A DNA stretch of 64,000 nt from an uncultured Poribacteria bacterium. Its GTDB lineage: Bacteria > Poribacteria > WGA-4E > WGA-3G. A model generated the notes under the pieces. The model saw only the letters and a program-made list of their open reading frames with translations, had not been told where the DNA came from and did no database searches. The stretch lies in contig OX639992.1 in the NCBI GenBank assembly GCA_951828515.1, positions 1,352,439-1,416,438 of the forward strand. Reading direction: 5' to 3'. Each line of letters begins with the position of its first letter. The stretch's first letter is position 1. A program made the position numbers and the translations under genes. Below are positions 18,779 through 26,790 of the stretch, piece after piece.

Positions 18779-19268
18779 CGAATCTCCTCCTATCAAGTGC
18801 GCTGTGTATTTCAGGCGTGAAAACGTATTTGAGTTTTAGCAGATTTTCAATATGCCATGCGTTGATGTCTTCTAAGACACGTTTATCGGAGTCAATGTCC
18901 CCTTCACACGATAGACCAATATAGGATCGTGCGATGTCGTTGCGGCGATACCATTCGAGTTCCCCACCAAACCGTGCTTTAATTTCGGATTCCCGTTCTT
19001 TGAGAACATCAAAAATCACTTTGTTTCTTTCACGATTATTAGACCAAAGCCCGAGCACCGTGAACGCTTGTCTACCTTGGTGATAAAAACCTGACAGGCT
19101 TCGCCTACGCCGAAAGCCTGGGACATAATAGATGTCTGTCGTGCCAGAATAGAATTGGTGAAAATGCCTTCCTTGTACAAGATGGGTATTAGGAAAGTTA
19201 TGTTGTTCCGAGAGTTCATCAATTAGTGCTTGAAAATAAAGGGTATACTTCTCCCCTCGATTCGTCAT
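18753..19268 (-). CDS. DUF4268 domain protein
   Basis: YxxxF..L...Lxxxx core and the ...ARFGGELEWYRRNDIARSYIGLSCEGDIDSD... block resemble the DUF4268 family. Confidence 0.5.
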   Translation of the reverse strand: MTNRGEKYTLYFQALIDELSEQHNFPNTHLVQGRHFHQFYSGTTDIYYVPGFRRRRSLSGFYHQGRQAFTVLGLWSNNRERNKVIFDVLKERESEIKARFGGELEWYRRNDIARSYIGLSCEGDIDSDKRVLEDINAWHIENLLKLKYVFTPEIHSALDRRRFDNAHRMVE

Positions 19269-19382
19269 TGTTTTCTCCTATAAAAAACGCAATAAGTCGT
19301 TTTGGGATGGGTTAAATTAGATATAACATTTTGGCACTTGGATTTTCATTCGGAATTAGTCATTTTGGGCTTGTAAAAACTT

Positions 19383-19400
19383 TTTTCAAACTCACGTTAT
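19383..19400. repeat. Solo IS982-type terminal repeat (TTTTTTCAAACTCACGTT)
   Basis: Matches the right IR of the IS982 element at 24181-24198. No transposase lies adjacent. Confidence 0.5.
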
Positions 19401-19415
19401 GACCAAGGTGCCTTA

Positions 19416-19823
19416 TTGACACAACTCGACTTGGCGGTCTTGCTCAACGTCTGTGACGCTGTCGTCAGCGATTACGTCAATGAGTGGCAAAGAGCGAGTG
19501 GAGAAATCTTACCCACGCGGGGCAATATCCATGACTTATCGGGGGCCATTACCCACAAGAAAGAGATCATAACGCTCTATCTTCAAGGGTATCTTACCCC
19601 GACTATTGCTGCCAAGACCAAGCACTCCAAGGAGGCCGTTGACCGATACATCCGAGATTATGAGTCCGTCAAAGTCGTTCGTGCGGCAACTGCCGATATT
19701 GACAACATCTCACAGATTACACGACTTTCGAGACGTGTTATCTCGCAATATCTCGACCTAATTCCACAGCATCAACTCCAAACCATCGATGCAAACTTAG
19801 CAAAACAGGAGGAGTCCACTTGA
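19416..19823 (+). CDS. Hypothetical protein, possibly DUF1670-like
   Basis: The conserved-looking block TRGNIHDLSGAITHKKEI is recalled from DUF1670 proteins. This is a weak assignment. Confidence 0.35.
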   Translation: MTQLDLAVLLNVCDAVVSDYVNEWQRASGEILPTRGNIHDLSGAITHKKEIITLYLQGYLTPTIAAKTKHSKEAVDRYIRDYESVKVVRAATADIDNISQITRLSRRVISQYLDLIPQHQLQTIDANLAKQEEST

Positions 19824-19958
19824 AAATAGGGTTGACACCCCTTACCGATATTGCTATACTTCAGACAAATGTGCCCTCAAGCACATCATTCCACTCATCA
19901 GCGATCACTGGGAAGCTAATAAACATCAGCATCCCAGCGATCATGCGGTCATTTGATA

Positions 19959-22871
19959 CTATTTCAAAATAACCATCTTTCGCATCAGCGACACACCCTC
20001 CGCCCGCAGTTGATAGAAATAGATACCACTCGATACCTTTTCACCGATATTATTTCTGCCATCCCAATACGCCGCACGTGTCCGGGTCGTGTAATAGCCC
20101 TCACGCTGATGACCGAGCTCAAGCCGGTGGACAACACTTCCCCGCATATCATAGATGGTTATCACGACCTGACTTGGGTTTGACAGACGATAGGGTATCC
20201 ACGTCTCAGGGTTAAAGGGATTGGGATAATTCGCCAGCAATTGGGTTGTTTCTGGACGCATGGATGCTACCAGTCGTTCCAATAACGCAATCGTCTGCTG
20301 ATATTTCAGCGAACCATCACTTTCTAAACGCACTGCATCAAGCGTTTCTATGAACAGATGTGCGTCTAAACTTTCAACTTCCTCTTGGGAAAATTCGAGG
20401 AGTATATCCGTTTGTGAAGGGGCTCCGGCTTCATCCACAGCAGCATCGATGACAAGGATTATATCACTTTTATCAACGTTGTCATCTTTATTAACATCTG
20501 TGCGTGAATTGGTTATTCCTGTCCCGGTTTGACCAAGCGCGAGTGTGACGAGTCTCACATCCTCAAGATCAACATCTCCATCCTCATCAATATCATAGGG
20601 TAGTATTTTAATGACGGAAACGCGTTCATCTTCATTGTTAAGAAATTGGGAAGTGTTTAGATTGCCTGCTATATCAGTGAAACTACCATAATCAGTACCG
20701 AAGTAGATCGATCCATTAACTTCCCAATAGCCATCAGTAGGCGTAACTGTTACGGTATAGACAGTATCGCTTATAGCAGTCGCACTGTAACTTACATCGG
20801 AGAAATAGTTGATTGTACCGCCAGCTGGATGAATGTAAAAACACTCCAACCCGTTAAATCCATGTACCTTCTCAGAGAACGTGGCTGTAACACCAAAAGC
20901 ACCCTTTTGTTCTCCTGAAGGCACCTGCAAGTTTGAAATGCTTGGCACAACAATATCTGCAGTCACAACGAGTGGTGTAGCAGCCGTATTTCCGTTTCTT
21001 GCCTGATCAGATACCTGATCCGCATCATAGTTGATCGTTACAGTCTCAGCTGTAGCGCGTATCATATGAGTGTAACTATTATCTTCTCCCGACTCATTAT
21101 AGTGTAGGATATCGCCCCCAGTGACTGTCAACCCATAAGGGTGAGAGAATGGAGGAAGAATGTAAGTCGCTGCAGTTTCCGTTACACTCGTGTAAATACG
21201 TACGGCTTTACTAAAAATAACATTTACTTTAAATATACGAGGGTGCGTTCCTTGGATCGATGTTTGAAGCGTTACACTCGGCGGATCGAGATCCGCTTTA
21301 ATCGTCTGTTGTGTAGCTGCTGTGTTATCGTTATTTGCAGCATCCTTTGCGACATTCGCTGGCACATCAATGATGACTGTGCCAGTGGTTGTGGGTGTAA
21401 TAATCGCCGTAAAGATTGTGTTATCCGTCGTAGAGAACGCTGTAATGCTTGCCGTCGCCGTGCCTGAAAGATTTACCTCGCTTTGTTCAAAATCTGATAC
21501 CGACTCTGAGAATGTGATCGTGGCATCAAACGCGCCATTCTGATCTCCCAATGGCACTGTGATAACAACACTCGGCGGATCCATATCCACATTAACCGTC
21601 TGTTGAGTAGCCGCCGTGTTATTATTGTTATTGGCATCTGTTGCGACATTCGCTGGCACATCAATGATGACTGTACCACTGGTTGTAGGTGTAATGGTTG
21701 CCGTAAAGACTGTGTTATCCGTCGTAGAGAACACTGTAATGCTTGCCGTCGCCGTGCCTAAAAGACTTATATCTGACTGCTCAAAGCCTGATACCGACTC
21801 TGAGAATGTGATCGTTATATCAAACGCATCATTCTGTGAGGTCGTTGGTCCGGCAATCTCTACACTCGGCGTACCTGTATCAACGTTGACCGTCTGCTGA
21901 GATGACGCGACATTACTGTTATTTGCAGCATTAGTTGCGATGCCGGCAGGCACATCAATAATGACCGTTCCAGACGTTGTGGGGGTGATGGTTGCTGTAA
22001 AGACTGTGTTATCCGTCGTAGAGAACGCTGTAATGCTTGCCGTCGCCGTGCCTGAAAGACTTATATCTGACTGCTCAAAGCCTGATACCGACTCTGAGAA
22101 TGTGATCGTTATATCAAACGCATCATTCTGTGAGGTCGTTGGTCCGGCAATCTCTACACTCGGAGGTTGAAGAACTACCCTGACTCTTTCGCGAAGAACA
22201 CTTTCATTCCCATTCCCTGCGGCATCAGTCGCTACATTATTATCTAAGTCAAAGGCAAAACTTGTCCGAGTATCGCCAAGTACGGTATATGTGATCTGTG
22301 CTGTATAGGTAGTTAAATCATCGCTTATCTGCCATTGTGTTATACTCAACGTGGTTGAGCTTTCAAAGTAATCTACATCAAATTCTTCCTGCTCAAATCC
22401 AACGACTGGTTCGGAAAAGGTAACGGTCACCTCAAAAGTCCCAGTATAAACCGTCAAATCCTCAGTTGGCACAGTAATAGTTACTGTGGGACGATCCATA
22501 TCCACATTAACCGTCTGTTGTGTAGCTGCTGTGTTATCGTTATTTGCAACATCGCTCGCAACGCCTGCCGGCACATTAATGATGACTGTGCCACTGGTCG
22601 TGGGCGTTATAGTTGCCTTGAAGATAATGTTATCCGTCGTAGCGAATGCTGTAATGCTCGCCTTCGCTGTCCCTGAAAGGCTTATATCTGACTGCTCAAA
22701 GTCTGATACTTCCGCAGAGAATGTGATCGTGGCATCAAACGCACCATTGTAATTTCCCAATGGCACTGTGATAACAACTGTTGGTCCGGCTTCGTTGCCG
22801 ACAACAGAGGCAATAAAACCTATGCTATTTAATAACACAAGTAGTGTGAGGATAAATGAACATCTTTTCAT
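19959..22871 (-). CDS. Large secreted repeat protein: signal peptide, at least 5 tandem Ig-like (about 100-aa) repeats, dockerin-like Ca-binding repeats, C-terminal T9SS-type sorting domain
   Basis: Repeated TVNVDMD(R/P)P(S/T)V.ITVP...ITFSE.VS.FEQSD... units, then DIDEDGDVDLEDVRLV and DVNKDDNVDKSDI (dockerin-like). The C-terminus NPFNPETWIPYRL...GIYFYQLRAEGVSLMRKMVILK resembles the Por secretion system C-terminal domain. Confidence 0.8.
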   Translation of the reverse strand: MKRCSFILTLLVLLNSIGFIASVVGNEAGPTVVITVPLGNYNGAFDATITFSAEVSDFEQSDISLSGTAKASITAFATTDNIIFKATITPTTSGTVIINVPAGVASDVANNDNTAATQQTVNVDMDRPTVTITVPTEDLTVYTGTFEVTVTFSEPVVGFEQEEFDVDYFESSTTLSITQWQISDDLTTYTAQITYTVLGDTRTSFAFDLDNNVATDAAGNGNESVLRERVRVVLQPPSVEIAGPTTSQNDAFDITITFSESVSGFEQSDISLSGTATASITAFSTTDNTVFTATITPTTSGTVIIDVPAGIATNAANNSNVASSQQTVNVDTGTPSVEIAGPTTSQNDAFDITITFSESVSGFEQSDISLLGTATASITVFSTTDNTVFTATITPTTSGTVIIDVPANVATDANNNNNTAATQQTVNVDMDPPSVVITVPLGDQNGAFDATITFSESVSDFEQSEVNLSGTATASITAFSTTDNTIFTAIITPTTTGTVIIDVPANVAKDAANNDNTAATQQTIKADLDPPSVTLQTSIQGTHPRIFKVNVIFSKAVRIYTSVTETAATYILPPFSHPYGLTVTGGDILHYNESGEDNSYTHMIRATAETVTINYDADQVSDQARNGNTAATPLVVTADIVVPSISNLQVPSGEQKGAFGVTATFSEKVHGFNGLECFYIHPAGGTINYFSDVSYSATAISDTVYTVTVTPTDGYWEVNGSIYFGTDYGSFTDIAGNLNTSQFLNNEDERVSVIKILPYDIDEDGDVDLEDVRLVTLALGQTGTGITNSRTDVNKDDNVDKSDIILVIDAAVDEAGAPSQTDILLEFSQEEVESLDAHLFIETLDAVRLESDGSLKYQQTIALLERLVASMRPETTQLLANYPNPFNPETWIPYRLSNPSQVVITIYDMRGSVVHRLELGHQREGYYTTRTRAAYWDGRNNIGEKVSSGIYFYQLRAEGVSLMRKMVILK
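21300..22760. repeat. Near-identical tandem DNA repeats (about 294-330 bp units) inside the Ig-repeat gene
   Basis: For example, about 170 bp at 21711-21880 recurs essentially identically at 22005-22170. Parallel plus-strand shadow ORFs share ...TVPVVVGV..AVK.VLSVVEN.VMLAVAVP... Confidence 0.8.
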
Positions 22872-23166
22872 AATTGCCTACCTTTATAATCAAAGTTTGA
22901 TGCTATAGAGATCCTAAGTTACCAATATTAATCCCTATCCAGTGGATATGCAAACACACCACCAAAAGGTGGCGTTGGATATTCTCACCAATTGGTGTAG
23001 AAATTCTAATATTTATGCAGTTTTTTGCTTAAGTTGCCATTTTAGCGAAAAACGCAGCTTAACCCATCATAAACCTTATTAGGTCAATATAATTAATATT
23101 AAAAAAAATAAAAATATTGATCTATTGAGATAAATTATACCGTAGTAGCCTTAAAATGTCAAGTTT

Positions 23167-24198
23167 AAACGTGAGTTTGATAAATAATTGAAAGTTTTTG
23201 TATAAAGAGAACCCCTTTGGTATAATGAAGTTATCAACAATCTTCAGTTTCCAAAAGGAGTTCTCTGATGAATATCATAACACTTTTCTGTAATATAGAC
23301 GACTTTTTTCTGGCTTACGAGAAATGGCAGGCGACGCATTGTCTGCCAGAGACAACAACACCGGAAACACGCGGGTGTCCTCGGAAACTGCATCATAGTG
23401 AAGTGATGACCCTCCTCATCGCCTTCCATCAAAGTGGGTATCGGACGTTCAAGCACTTTTACGAAAGACACGTCTGCGTCTATTGGCGTGCGGAGTTTCC
23501 GCATCTCGTCAGTTATAGTCGCTTCGTGCAGCTGAAAAAAGAAGTCCTGACGGTCTTGACATTTTATCTTTCAGCAAACCTCGGGGAATGCAGCGGTATC
23601 TCTTTCATTGATTCAACACGTCTACGGGTCTGCGACAACAAGCGGATTTCATCGCATCGCGTTTTTGCTGAGGAAGCCGGATTGTCGAAAACATCTATGG
23701 GGTGGTTCTATGGTTTTAAGCTTCACCTGTTGATCAATGATGAAGCCGCAATCTTAGATGTCGCCTTGACGACCGGTAATACAGATGACCGTAAACCCTT
23801 GCCAAAGTTTGCCGCAGGTCTTCACGGGAGTCTTTTCGGGGATAGGGGGTATATCTCGAAAGACCTTCGGGAGTTCCTCCGTGAGCAAGGTGTGAACTTG
23901 GTCTACAAAGTTCGCAAAAACATGGATCCGTTGGATTTATCGGTTTCCGATGAAGTGCTGCTGAAAAAACGGATAATTATTGAATCCGTGATCAGAGAGT
24001 TGAAAACGCAGACGCAAGTAGAGCACTCTCGACATAGAAGTTTCGTCAACTTTCGAGTGAATGTCGTCTCTGCTTTGATTGCTTATCAACTTTTAGAGAG
24101 CAAACCTTCGCTGAACATTTCTCAACATCAGGAAATCAACGATTTACCAACGCTCTATAACCCATAAACTTTTTTCAAACTCACGTTTGTATATAGTG
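23167..24198 (+). mobile_element. IS982-family insertion sequence
   Basis: Terminal inverted repeats AAACGTGAGTTTGA (23167-23180) and CAAACTCACGTTT (24186-24198). Single DDE transposase gene, AT-rich flanks, inserted about 300 bp upstream of the Ig-repeat gene. Confidence 0.8.
23268..24167 (+). CDS. IS982-family DDE transposase
   Basis: 299 aa with MNIITLFCNIDDFF..., ...FIDSTRLRVC..., ...GDRGYIS... typical of the IS982/DDE_Tnp_1_3 family. Confidence 0.85.
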   Translation: MNIITLFCNIDDFFLAYEKWQATHCLPETTTPETRGCPRKLHHSEVMTLLIAFHQSGYRTFKHFYERHVCVYWRAEFPHLVSYSRFVQLKKEVLTVLTFYLSANLGECSGISFIDSTRLRVCDNKRISSHRVFAEEAGLSKTSMGWFYGFKLHLLINDEAAILDVALTTGNTDDRKPLPKFAAGLHGSLFGDRGYISKDLREFLREQGVNLVYKVRKNMDPLDLSVSDEVLLKKRIIIESVIRELKTQTQVEHSRHRSFVNFRVNVVSALIAYQLLESKPSLNISQHQEINDLPTLYNP

Positions 24199-24520
24199 TA
24201 GCCGTGTTGACGCTGTTTGTCAAGGGAAAAAGCAACAATTATCACGGTTTATCAGGATTCGCGGGTTCTTCTATCGGAGGTGTTTATACCGAGTTGGCGG
24301 CGCACCCCGTCTTTTCTTTGTTAAGGGTGAGTAGCATGTAGTGGGTCTTTTCCTGCTCCGCTACCAAGCGTTCTGCAGTGGGATCGTCAGGGTGAGGCTT
24401 CTCCGGTTTGTGAAATCAGGGAGGGACACATCACAGGGGCGTGATCTTGAGGGGAAACCTGTAGGACATTCTTGCAAGTTTTTTTCGCAGAACGCCACAG
24501 AAAACTCTAACCTAATTGCG

Positions 24521-25372
24521 TTAGAATCTACGGCGTTTGATTTCACCCCAAGTGGTGGATACTTTGTCTTGAGGGTTCACTGGCATAGCGTCAAGGAAAT
24601 CGGTAAGCCCATCGTTGTAAAGTCCTTTGATCTCGTAAGAACTGAATCCAGTTTCAAAAGCTGCAACATCGTCAACAAGGACATTACCTGTGAAATTAAC
24701 ACCAGATGCCGCACCAAATATTCCAAGACACATGTAATTTCCCAAGAATTCAGGAAATTTTGTTGTTTGGTGTGATGCAACACTACTTCCATCAATATAG
24801 AGCGAGATTGTATTAGCATATCTTGCAACAGCGATATGATGCCATCTATTATTGGCAATGTCCTGCTCTGTGGAAGAAACACTAATAGTTTCTCCATTGA
24901 TAAAGAAGTTATGGTGACCAAAAAGCACATTGCCATCGGGCACGACACTCATACCTATTGCACTGATAACAATCGCATCATTATCCGTTAGGATAAAACC
25001 TTGCATCATTAAATTAAGATAACCCTCATTTAACTGTTTCTGAAGTTTCACCCAAGCGACCATCGAATACTCATCACTTGGAAAAATCGGAATCCTAAAT
25101 GTTGGGGCACAAAAATTATCTTGTGATTTTAAAAGAAGGGCTTTCCCATATTTGCCAGAATCTGTTAGGCTCGCATCCTCTGAGAGATTGCCCTTGACTT
25201 TGTAGATTCCGCTATCAGGCGTGTAGGTCGTACCATTTTCTCTCTGCTCCGTAGATTCAAAGTGGTAGATGCCGATCACATGGTTGTGCGTGGCATCAGT
25301 GTCTAAACCAGCATCTGCTAAACCTGTAAACATTAGAACTGTCAACATAACAACTAAACATCGTAGAAACAT
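24521..25372 (-). CDS. Secreted LamG-like / concanavalin-A-like lectin domain protein
   Basis: Signal peptide MFLRCLVVMLTVLMFTGLADA, and a Laminin-G_3-like core (...WHHIAVARYANTISLYIDG...). Confidence 0.6.
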   Translation of the reverse strand: MFLRCLVVMLTVLMFTGLADAGLDTDATHNHVIGIYHFESTEQRENGTTYTPDSGIYKVKGNLSEDASLTDSGKYGKALLLKSQDNFCAPTFRIPIFPSDEYSMVAWVKLQKQLNEGYLNLMMQGFILTDNDAIVISAIGMSVVPDGNVLFGHHNFFINGETISVSSTEQDIANNRWHHIAVARYANTISLYIDGSSVASHQTTKFPEFLGNYMCLGIFGAASGVNFTGNVLVDDVAAFETGFSSYEIKGLYNDGLTDFLDAMPVNPQDKVSTTWGEIKRRRF

Positions 25373-25603
25373 AAAAATATCCTTTTAAAAACAGTGTAAT
25401 TTTGCGTGATAGGCACTATAGCGGATTTCTTAATAAAAGACAAGTTGTAAATTTTTGACGGCAACCTCTGTAGCTCGAAAGGAGCTGTGCGTTTGGGTTG
25501 TGTCAAACGCCTATAGGAACAGAGCAAGGGTTTGGCATTCGGGTAGGTTACCCCAAGGGGCGGGGGTATCGAGGGGCTTATAGGCGATTCTCGCGGCATC
25601 TTG

Positions 25604-25897
25604 TTAGTAACGACGCGGTGCTGGAAGTTTACCTTTCTCGTATAAGAACGTTATGGGTATTTCAATTCTTTGTCGGACCGGTTTTTCGCCCTGCATTGCA
25701 GGATAGAAAGTCGTTTTCTGAATTGCCTCAATAGCAGCTGCCTCAAGTCCATATCCGAGATGCGTCATTGGTTTGATGTCTTTTGGCATACCGTTTTCGT
25801 CAACGATGAGGTGAAGAAGAACCTTGCCGCCTGTTTTCGTCAACCTTGCTTCTTCTGGATACACCGGTTCGACTCTCGACTTATACTGCACGGGCAT
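25604..25897 (-). CDS. Stand-alone TonB C-terminal-domain protein (97 aa)
   Basis: VYPEEARLTKTGGKVLLHLIVDENGMPKDIKP...LEAAAIEAIQKTTFYPAMQGEKPV matches the TonB_C fold consensus (YP..A...G.EG.V.l.f.vd.dG.v.......S.G...Ld.aAl.av....f.Pa). There is no TM or Pro-rich region. Confidence 0.55.
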   Translation of the reverse strand: MPVQYKSRVEPVYPEEARLTKTGGKVLLHLIVDENGMPKDIKPMTHLGYGLEAAAIEAIQKTTFYPAMQGEKPVRQRIEIPITFLYEKGKLPAPRRY

Positions 25898-25948
25898 CGT
25901 CGGTATATCATCAATTTCAATCGCATCCAGCGATTTATGATCATCTGC

Positions 25949-26131
25949 TCATGGCGCGTGATTGCCAATTTCGAAAAGTTTTCTGTCAAATTGAGCCCGC
26001 ATTTCCTCTTTAGAACCGGGCATTATTTTTATGACATGCCCGTTGTTCATTGCTCTTAACTGGTGTTCTCGCCTCTCTAAAGCTCGCTCATCCTCAGATA
26101 TTTCGGGTTCATTCCACCATTCTGTGTGCAT
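25949..26131 (-). CDS. Small hypothetical protein (60 aa); paralog of the IS3-disrupted gene at 18710-18778
   Basis: GGAGATTCATTA-ATG start context, acidic N-terminus and no recognised family. Confidence 0.4.
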   Translation of the reverse strand: MHTEWWNEPEISEDERALERREHQLRAMNNGHVIKIMPGSKEEMRAQFDRKLFEIGNHAP

Positions 26132-26227
26132 TAATGAATCTCCTTTCTGAAAAACTAAAAAGTACTAAACTTACTGATTATTCATTGTTGTCCAGAGGTC
26201 TTGTGCCCTTCCTATTGATACCCGCAA

Positions 26228-26587
26228 CTATTGAGACACTGCTTTGGGAGTGTCCTGCCTGGTCTGTGGTGCTTTAGGTTGTGCTTTCACTAATGCGAAA
26301 ATAGAGATGATGAACGCACCAATAGCGCAGATGGTAACAAGCCAGTCTCTTAAGACACCAAAGCCGATGCTGCGTCCTCGTAGTTCCGCAACACCTGTTT
26401 CGACTGTCCGGAGGTGTGTATCAATCGCGTCAACTTTTGAGTCAACTTTCTCTATACGTGACGTTAAGGCGGTTTCTGACTCTTTGACGATCTGTCGTAT
26501 CTTTTCCAAGTCTTGAGTGGTCAACTCACCAAGCGCTGGTAAAGCGATCGCACAAAAGAGTATCAAGAGCGCGAGTATCGTTTTCAT
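26228..26587 (-). CDS. Secreted or membrane-anchored coiled-coil protein (N-terminal signal peptide, C-terminal TM)
   Basis: MKTILALLILFCAIALPALG is followed by a heptad-like region and the hydrophobic C-terminus WLVTICAIGAFIISIFALV. Confidence 0.5.
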   Translation of the reverse strand: MKTILALLILFCAIALPALGELTTQDLEKIRQIVKESETALTSRIEKVDSKVDAIDTHLRTVETGVAELRGRSIGFGVLRDWLVTICAIGAFIISIFALVKAQPKAPQTRQDTPKAVSQ

Positions 26588-26790
26588 CAGATGTTCCAGT
26601 CCCAGTCTATTTATCCCCCAGCCACGGTGGGTGGGTGGCAGAAACAGATAGGATTCTGTTCGTAGCTGTGCCACCCAAACTGGTTTGAATAGTATAACAG
26701 AAAAGAAAGGAAATTGCAAATTCTCCAGGCGGGTCTAAAACCCCTATTTTTTTATTTGTCAGAAGGATTTGAATTCAAACAGGCTCAGTT

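Noticed and set aside
21322-22752. Series of 70-95-aa plus-strand ORFs with near-identical sequences
   Set aside because: They are antisense translations of the tandem Ig-like repeats of the 970-aa minus-strand gene.
24207-24520. Possible structured ncRNA between the IS982 right end and the LamG gene (GC-rich, many short stems)
   Set aside because: No match to RNase P, tmRNA, SRP or 6S hallmarks by eye and no obvious terminator. Left as unannotated spacer; only a covariance scan could revive it.
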